Source: Promethearchaeota archaeon
Lineage (GTDB): Archaea; Asgardarchaeota; Hermodarchaeia; Hermodarchaeales; Hermodarchaeaceae
Direction of reading: 5' to 3'
Assembly: GCA_048939625.1 (NCBI GenBank)
Contig: JBHLPH010000006.1
Coordinates: forward strand, 48,650 to 112,649
Length of the DNA: 64,000 bases
A program made the translations under genes and the position numbers. A model generated the notes under the pieces. That model had not been told where the DNA came from. It ran no database searches and saw only the letters and a program-made list of their open reading frames with translations. Positions 58,306 through 64,000 of the stretch are shown here, in pieces. Numbering within the stretch: the stretch's first letter is position 1; every line of letters starts with the position of its first letter.

Positions 58306-59964
58306 CTAATGGGTTTCATTTGACCCTGTTAGTATCTCCTTCCTAAGAGTCCTTCTTAGGATTTTTCCTGCCGGGCTCTTTGGCAAGTCCTTTCTAAATT
58401 CCACTTCCCTGATAATCTTGTAGGCGGCCATCCTCTCTCTGCAGAACTTGATCAGCTCTTCCTCTGTCACATTCCCCTCGTATCCCTCCCGGAGGATAAC
58501 AAATGCCTTGGGGTGCTCACCCCGATATTGATCTGGAACTCCTATCACAGCCACCTGCTCAACCGCTGGATGCTCGGATAAGACATTCTCAACTTCAAAG
58601 GGCCACACTTGATATCCTGACACTTTTATCACATCCTTTTTACGATCAACAAAGTACACGCGCCCCTCCTCATCCATATAACCAATATCACCAGTGTGAA
58701 GCCAACCATCCCTTAAGGTTTCCTTGGTCATCTCCGATTGGTTCCAGTACCCCTTCATGATTTGTGGACCTTTTGCTGTCAACTCTCCATTCTCTCCAGG
58801 CGGGAGGGTTCGTGTCCTAAGCTCCATATCCACGACTTTAACATCCGTGTCAGGAAGCGGAATCCCGACGAATTGAGGTTTCTGACTACCAATCGGTGTT
58901 AAGACAAGACCAGGGCTTGCCTCAGTTAAACCCCAGCCCTCCATCAAGTTAGGACCAGTGAGCTTTATCCACTTATTCCTAATCTCAGTGGGCATCGCAG
59001 ATGCCGCTGTGTGAAATAACCGGAAGGAGGAGAAATCACACTTCTCGATGTTGGGATGGTTGAGAAGAGCTATGTATACGGTTGGGACAGCGAAGAATAA
59101 TGTCGGCCTATACTCGTTTATCGCATTAATTACCTCATCTGCACGAAATCTCTCTAGCAGCACTATCTTCCAAGCGAAGCTAACAGCTGAGCACATACAC
59201 TCACTAAGACCAAAAATGTGATACATCGGGAGAAAAATCAGGGAGACTTCCTCGCCCTCTTTAAGCCCGCGCCAGGTTGCGTGCTGAAGTTGGTTGACAA
59301 TCAGATTGTAATGGGTTAACATGCACCCCTTTGGGATACCCGTGGTTCCACCAGAGTAGCATAGGATGGCCACATCTTCTTTCGGGTTTATATCAAGCCT
59401 AGGCGGATTCGCATCATATTTTGCGATGATATTCACAAAGTCTATTGTTTCCCGGCGCTTCACGCTCTCCTCAATGTCTCTCATACTGGTAAGGAACGGA
59501 GGAGTACTCTCTCTTAGGCTTGTAACAATGACCCTCGCCAACCCAGTTTCACCCCTAATCTTTTTGACGAGCGGGTATAGCCCCTCCGTAGTTATTATGG
59601 TTTCAGCTCCTGAATCGTTCAGCTGAAACTTCAGCTCCCTCTCCTTGAACTGCGGATTACAAGGAACAATTATCGCCCCAGCTTTCAGAACTCCAAAGAA
59701 GCTGATAACAAACTGAAGGCTGTTCTGAAGAAATAGACCTACCCTGTCACCTGTTCTAATACCCATGTCGTATAATCCAGTTGCCAACTTATCAGATAGC
59801 GTGTCGAGTTCCAGATATGTGAGTTCAACACCCTTAAACACAATCGCTACCTTGTTAGGATATTTCTTGGATACAGCCCTCAAACGATCAGGTACCGAGA
59901 CTTCTGGGTAATCAATCGTGGTGGGGACACCTTCAGGCCAAATTCCTAGCCAAGGTCTTTCCAT
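58306..59964 (-). CDS. AMP-forming acyl/aryl-CoA ligase (FadD/4CL-like)
   Basis: YSGGTTGIPKG, GWGLTE, GWLHTGD, DRKKD, LPKSPAGKILRR. Confidence 0.9.
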   Translation of the reverse strand: MERPWLGIWPEGVPTTIDYPEVSVPDRLRAVSKKYPNKVAIVFKGVELTYLELDTLSDKLATGLYDMGIRTGDRVGLFLQNSLQFVISFFGVLKAGAIIVPCNPQFKERELKFQLNDSGAETIITTEGLYPLVKKIRGETGLARVIVTSLRESTPPFLTSMRDIEESVKRRETIDFVNIIAKYDANPPRLDINPKEDVAILCYSGGTTGIPKGCMLTHYNLIVNQLQHATWRGLKEGEEVSLIFLPMYHIFGLSECMCSAVSFAWKIVLLERFRADEVINAINEYRPTLFFAVPTVYIALLNHPNIEKCDFSSFRLFHTAASAMPTEIRNKWIKLTGPNLMEGWGLTEASPGLVLTPIGSQKPQFVGIPLPDTDVKVVDMELRTRTLPPGENGELTAKGPQIMKGYWNQSEMTKETLRDGWLHTGDIGYMDEEGRVYFVDRKKDVIKVSGYQVWPFEVENVLSEHPAVEQVAVIGVPDQYRGEHPKAFVILREGYEGNVTEEELIKFCRERMAAYKIIREVEFRKDLPKSPAGKILRRTLRKEILTGSNETH

Positions 59965-60114
59965 GAAATTTACCTCGTAACCAGTTATTATTACTTCTTC
60001 CCTATAAAGCTGAAATCAAGTTATTCACTTCCCAATAGTTCATTAAATTCGCAATACATGCCTAAATCAATCACGTCGGCGCATGCAACATGAACGAACT
60101 ATGGTTCGTGTTTT

Positions 60115-60618
60115 CTAAGTCTTTTTGACATGGTAGACGGCGTACTCTTTGCGGAGCTGTTGGGCTATTTCGGTTGGGTCGCCGAAGTAAATGGCTTCCA
60201 CTGGACAATGTGCGGCACAATTGGGTTGAAGTCCCTTCTCAACGCGGTGGACACAAAGTGTACATTTTTCCACCACGTTTTGTTCTTCATTAAATTGAGG
60301 TGCTTTAAAGGGACAAGCCTCGATACAAGCCTTGCAGCCAATGCATAACTCGGTATCTATGAGGACTATACCATCATCCCGCTTTGATATAGCGTCTTCT
60401 GGACATGCCTCAATGCAAGGAGGATTGGCACAATGCTTACACACGGTTGGTACGAAGTGCAAGGTCAACTCATCGCCCACTAACCTTGGTCCCACTTGGA
60501 CGACTTGAATCCATGAAGGGCTCCCAGGAGGTATGTTATTTTCTTGCTTGCAAGCGACTTCGCAAGCGTAACACCCCACACAGCGCTCTATGTCGATTAT
60601 TAAGGCATATTGAGTCAT
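60115..60618 (-). CDS. DmsB-like 4x[4Fe-4S] subunit
   Basis: CVGCYACEVACK, CKHCANPPC, CIGCKAC, KCTLC. Confidence 0.9.
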   Translation of the reverse strand: MTQYALIIDIERCVGCYACEVACKQENNIPPGSPSWIQVVQVGPRLVGDELTLHFVPTVCKHCANPPCIEACPEDAISKRDDGIVLIDTELCIGCKACIEACPFKAPQFNEEQNVVEKCTLCVHRVEKGLQPNCAAHCPVEAIYFGDPTEIAQQLRKEYAVYHVKKT

Positions 60619-62729
60619 GCTTTACCCTCCTTTGCTTTCGAAATTTTACATAGTAAACCCACTAGGTTTGATGCGCCGATGCAAGGATCAAAGGGTGGAT
60701 TGCTGTCCGTTAAGATGTTTGCATTGGATTCCGACCACCCAAAGCCTGGTTCTTCCCTTTCTGGGAACCACCATGCATGTTGGGTGTGAACCACCTTCGG
60801 GTGTATACCTAAGGTGAGTTTCGTTATTTGCCTTATTGTCCCCCGGGGTGTTTCTATGTTGATCCATTCGCCATCCTGAATTCCATGTTTTTCAGCAGTT
60901 TCGGGATGGATTTCTACTATGGGGTTTGGGTGTACCTCGCGTAACCATGATAGTTGTCGATGTTCAGTGTGGAAGAAGACTGGGCTTCTTGCTCCCGTTG
61001 TTAGTATTAATGGATACTTTGCTGCGAGATCGGGGTTGCTTATTGGGCTTTCTGGCGGTTCTGCGTAGAAAGGTAATGGATCATAACCCCATTTTTCGAG
61101 AATCGTAGAGTACAATTCAACTTTTCGTGTAGGTGTTGAAAACCCTTTTTCTTTGTACTGCTTGGGTTCCACCTGAATTATGCCTTTTTCTTTAAACTCG
61201 TTCCAAGTCATCCCAGAGGGTTCTAGAATATAGTCGAGGTATTGATCTATGTCATCCCAGAAGTACTCTTTGTAGCCAAGTTTTTTCCCTAGCTCATTGA
61301 TGATTTTATGGTCAGACCAAGATTCGCCGACTTGTACGGCTTTGACTCTGGCTTGCACATGACCCGCACGGAAGAAGTAAGCGGCGACATCGTTGTATTC
61401 GAGCCATGATGCGACTGGTAAGACGATGTCGGCTAGTTGGGCGGTGGGTGTCATGAAGAGATCGGCGACCATGATGAAATCGAGCTTCATGAGGGCTTCG
61501 CGAACTCTTTTCGAATTGGGCCAGGTTAAGAGGGGATTACTTCCAAAGACGACCAAGGCTTTGACTGGGTATGGATCTTCCTCTAATATGGCTTTACAAA
61601 CGAGCATTGGTGGAACTATGGACATCATGTTGGCTAGTTTATATTGCTCTCCGCCAATCCTTTTCGCTCTCTGTTCTGCAGAGAGCTTGTCGGTGAGCAT
61701 AAACTCAGGGTAGCGAACCACGGGCGGCGAGGGATAGAGGAGGTGACCTCCTGGAGTACCGAGGTTTCCGGTGATGGCCATTAGTGCGATTAGTGCACTG
61801 TGATTGGCTGAACAGTTTAGATTTTGTTCGAGCTTCACGCCATAGTGGAGAGTTGCTGGCTTTGTTTGAGCATATAGCCTAGCAGCTTCTTCGATTTTGG
61901 ACATGGGAACCCACGTTATCTCTTCAACTTTGTCGAGTGGGTATTCTTCAACTCGTTTAGCCAACTCATCGAAGCCGTGGGTCCATTTCTTCACGAATTT
62001 CTTATCGTAGAGTTTTTCGCGTATGATGACGTTGAGCATCCCCAGGGCTAACGCGGTATCGGTAGCCGGTCTGAGCTGCAACCATATATCGGCGCGTGAT
62101 GCTAATGGAGTAAACCGCGGATCGATGACGATTAAGCTAGCCCCGCGATTCAACACCTTTGCCAACTTGATCGCTTTGTACTCGTCTGGGTTGGTGAGAA
62201 CAGGATTGCAGCCCCAAACCATTACACAGTTTGGGTTGTTATCATAATCGCATATCGGTAAGCCCCCACAGATAATGATGGAGGAACCAACGCGTGGAAT
62301 GTAGCACACGTAGCCGGGTGAGGTTACGTTAGGAGCGCCAAAGAGGTTGACTAGCCTGTGCACGAAATGGAGGTAAGCTCTATCGGTGCCGTGGGCAAAC
62401 ACCACGGATTCCGCACCGTTCTCTTGCTTAATCTTTGTGATTTTACTTGCTACGATATCTAAGGCTTCACTCCACGTAATCTTTTGAAACTTCCCCTCAC
62501 CTCTCCCACCGACGCTCTTCAATGGGTGGAGTAGTCGCTTGGGATTGTCGACGAGTTGCATCGACGCTAATCCCTTGGCACATAGGGTTCCATGGCTTAT
62601 CGGGCTGTCAGGGTCTCCCTCAACCTTTACGACTTTTCCATCCTTAACATGTATCAGTACATCGCAACCACCATGGCAACTTCGACAAACACTTTTGACT
62701 ATCCTAACTCCGGATTGCAATCTGTACAC
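60615..62729 (-). CDS. Bis-MGD Mo/W enzyme of the DMSO-reductase family, acetylene-hydratase-like clade, cytoplasmic
   Basis: CRSCHGGC...LCAKG, VCYIPR (Cys ligand), ADIVLP, TPTRKVEL, FHTEHRQ, HAWWFPE; no Tat leader. Confidence 0.85.
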   Translation of the reverse strand: MYRLQSGVRIVKSVCRSCHGGCDVLIHVKDGKVVKVEGDPDSPISHGTLCAKGLASMQLVDNPKRLLHPLKSVGGRGEGKFQKITWSEALDIVASKITKIKQENGAESVVFAHGTDRAYLHFVHRLVNLFGAPNVTSPGYVCYIPRVGSSIIICGGLPICDYDNNPNCVMVWGCNPVLTNPDEYKAIKLAKVLNRGASLIVIDPRFTPLASRADIWLQLRPATDTALALGMLNVIIREKLYDKKFVKKWTHGFDELAKRVEEYPLDKVEEITWVPMSKIEEAARLYAQTKPATLHYGVKLEQNLNCSANHSALIALMAITGNLGTPGGHLLYPSPPVVRYPEFMLTDKLSAEQRAKRIGGEQYKLANMMSIVPPMLVCKAILEEDPYPVKALVVFGSNPLLTWPNSKRVREALMKLDFIMVADLFMTPTAQLADIVLPVASWLEYNDVAAYFFRAGHVQARVKAVQVGESWSDHKIINELGKKLGYKEYFWDDIDQYLDYILEPSGMTWNEFKEKGIIQVEPKQYKEKGFSTPTRKVELYSTILEKWGYDPLPFYAEPPESPISNPDLAAKYPLILTTGARSPVFFHTEHRQLSWLREVHPNPIVEIHPETAEKHGIQDGEWINIETPRGTIRQITKLTLGIHPKVVHTQHAWWFPEREEPGFGWSESNANILTDSNPPFDPCIGASNLVGLLCKISKAKEGKA

Positions 62730-63016
62730 TCCCTGATTGTTGATTCTCTGCCAGAAGTTCAGGTGAATGGTCTGCTACACTAAGCCATTTATCTATAAAT
62801 ACTTTTGACCAAAGAAACCGTTCTACTAACAAATAGAATTGAAAAGTACATCACACGAATAATGAGAACAGGGAGGACTTGGCTCTCAATAGATGAAGAC
62901 CAAGTAGGTGCACCAGTAAATAACATTAGCACCATGCTCCCCATAGTCCTTCTTGGTTGTAACGGTGTGTATTCATAAGGTAGGATGGAATAATAATGGG
63001 GATAGAGGTTGGATTT

Positions 63017-63277
63017 ATGTCCGAACAAGCGATGAAAACACCGGCTGGAAAAATCACCCACTATTACTCAAAAATCAATGTGGCCGTCATTGAATTATCC
63101 GCTCCTTTGAAGAGAGGTGATAAAATCGCCATTGAAGGCGCAACTACGGAATTCACGCAAACAGTCAAATCTATGCAAATTGAAGGCGAAGACATTGAAT
63201 CCGCGCAATCGGGTCAAGCCATCGGATTAAAAGTCAAGGATCGAGTTCGGATAGGTGATACCATCTATCGCATCTAA
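63017..63277 (+). CDS. Small beta-barrel protein (EF-Tu domain II/U32 C-terminal-like)
   Basis: GKITHYYSKINVAVIEL...GD.I.I.G.TT.F.Q.V.SMQI...G.KV..RVR.GD. Confidence 0.75.
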   Translation: MSEQAMKTPAGKITHYYSKINVAVIELSAPLKRGDKIAIEGATTEFTQTVKSMQIEGEDIESAQSGQAIGLKVKDRVRIGDTIYRI

Positions 63278-63464
63278 TGAAACTACCTTACAGATCACGC
63301 CAGCACCCTGCTCCATATATTCCTGAGATAAGGAGAGTATGTTTCATCGAATGTGAATGCCTAGTCCCCTCTTTAATGCCAATAGTGGCTCAAACCTATT
63401 GGACCTCTGAACTTTCTTGGAGGCGAATGAAGAAGATTAATAATCCACACGCTCAACCCTACCT

Positions 63465-63764
63465 GTGATTGAAATGAATGCTAAAACCACAAAACCCGCA
63501 AGAAAACCGCTGAGCGGCCCTGCCAGCGCCATTATCTTAATTGAAGTCCTCCCCAAAGAACATCTCAACGTCTTACAAATCGTTAAAGGAGACCTTGAAA
63601 AAATTGACGGCGTCAAAGATGTCTGTGGCATTTTTGGCACCTGGGACCTCTCCGCCATCATCGAAGAAGAGTCCTTTGAAGCCCTCAAAACCAAAGTCAT
63701 CGACGAAGTTCGCGCCGTGCCCGGCGTCGGCAAAACTGAAACCCTCCTCCGATTCCCACTTTAA
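63465..63764 (+). CDS. Stand-alone Lrp/AsnC ligand-binding (RAM) domain protein
   Basis: AIILIEV...IFGTWDL...VRAVPGVGKTETL. Confidence 0.8.
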   Translation: MIEMNAKTTKPARKPLSGPASAIILIEVLPKEHLNVLQIVKGDLEKIDGVKDVCGIFGTWDLSAIIEEESFEALKTKVIDEVRAVPGVGKTETLLRFPL

Positions 63765-64000
63765 TGATAAACTAAAAGCCCCAGAGCATTTAGCCATAAG
63801 GACAACTCCCACGTACAAATCCACCACTCACTCTACCAAAAAAAAGAGAAAAGGGAGGACTGGCCTCTCAACAACTGACTACCTAGGAGCAGCGATGGAT
63901 CACGCCAGCTTCATCTTCCATGTATTAATTCACCATATTTTCACCTACACGGCAAATCTTCATTTCAGAATGTGAAACTCATCTCAACCTTGCCTAATAG

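Noticed and set aside
60615-62729. True acetylene hydratase
   Set aside because: His replaces the catalytic Asp after the second Cys, and a DmsB-like electron-transfer subunit implies redox chemistry

Overview
An archaeal chromosomal segment. Evidence: crenarchaeal-type single-OB SSBs, GGAGG/GGTGA ribosome-binding sites, oligo-T terminators, tungsten AORs, thiolase/DUF35 pairs and tandem-Lrp regulators. The gene mix suggests an Asgard lineage such as Hermodarchaeia, but that is inference. There are two parts. (1) 1-15.9 kb is an accessory region. It holds three tandem (HTH-RAM)x2 Lrp/AsnC regulators interleaved with three paralogous single-pass surface proteins. These have divergent lectin-like ectodomains but a near-invariant TM plus cytoplasmic tail (VLLVTPWAIGLC...WRxRQKKVxITPGEE). 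The region also has a small secreted peptide, two SSBs, two SAM methyltransferases and gene relics. (2) 16-62.7 kb is a contiguous ~47 kb anaerobic aromatic-catabolism supercluster. It contains a Bzd-type class I benzoyl-CoA reductase (N,O,P,Q, ferredoxin, BzdV-like), Dch/Had/Oah ring-opening enzymes, beta-oxidation genes, IorAB, two tungsten AOR modules and an alcohol dehydrogenase. It also contains a complete four-component corrinoid (Mto/Mtv-like) demethylase, a Liv-type ABC importer, an acyl-CoA ligase and a cytoplasmic acetylene-hydratase-clade molybdopterin enzyme that may be a dehydroxylase. I found no rRNA, tRNA, CRISPR array or transposase. All annotations come from motif recognition by eye; no database searches were run.
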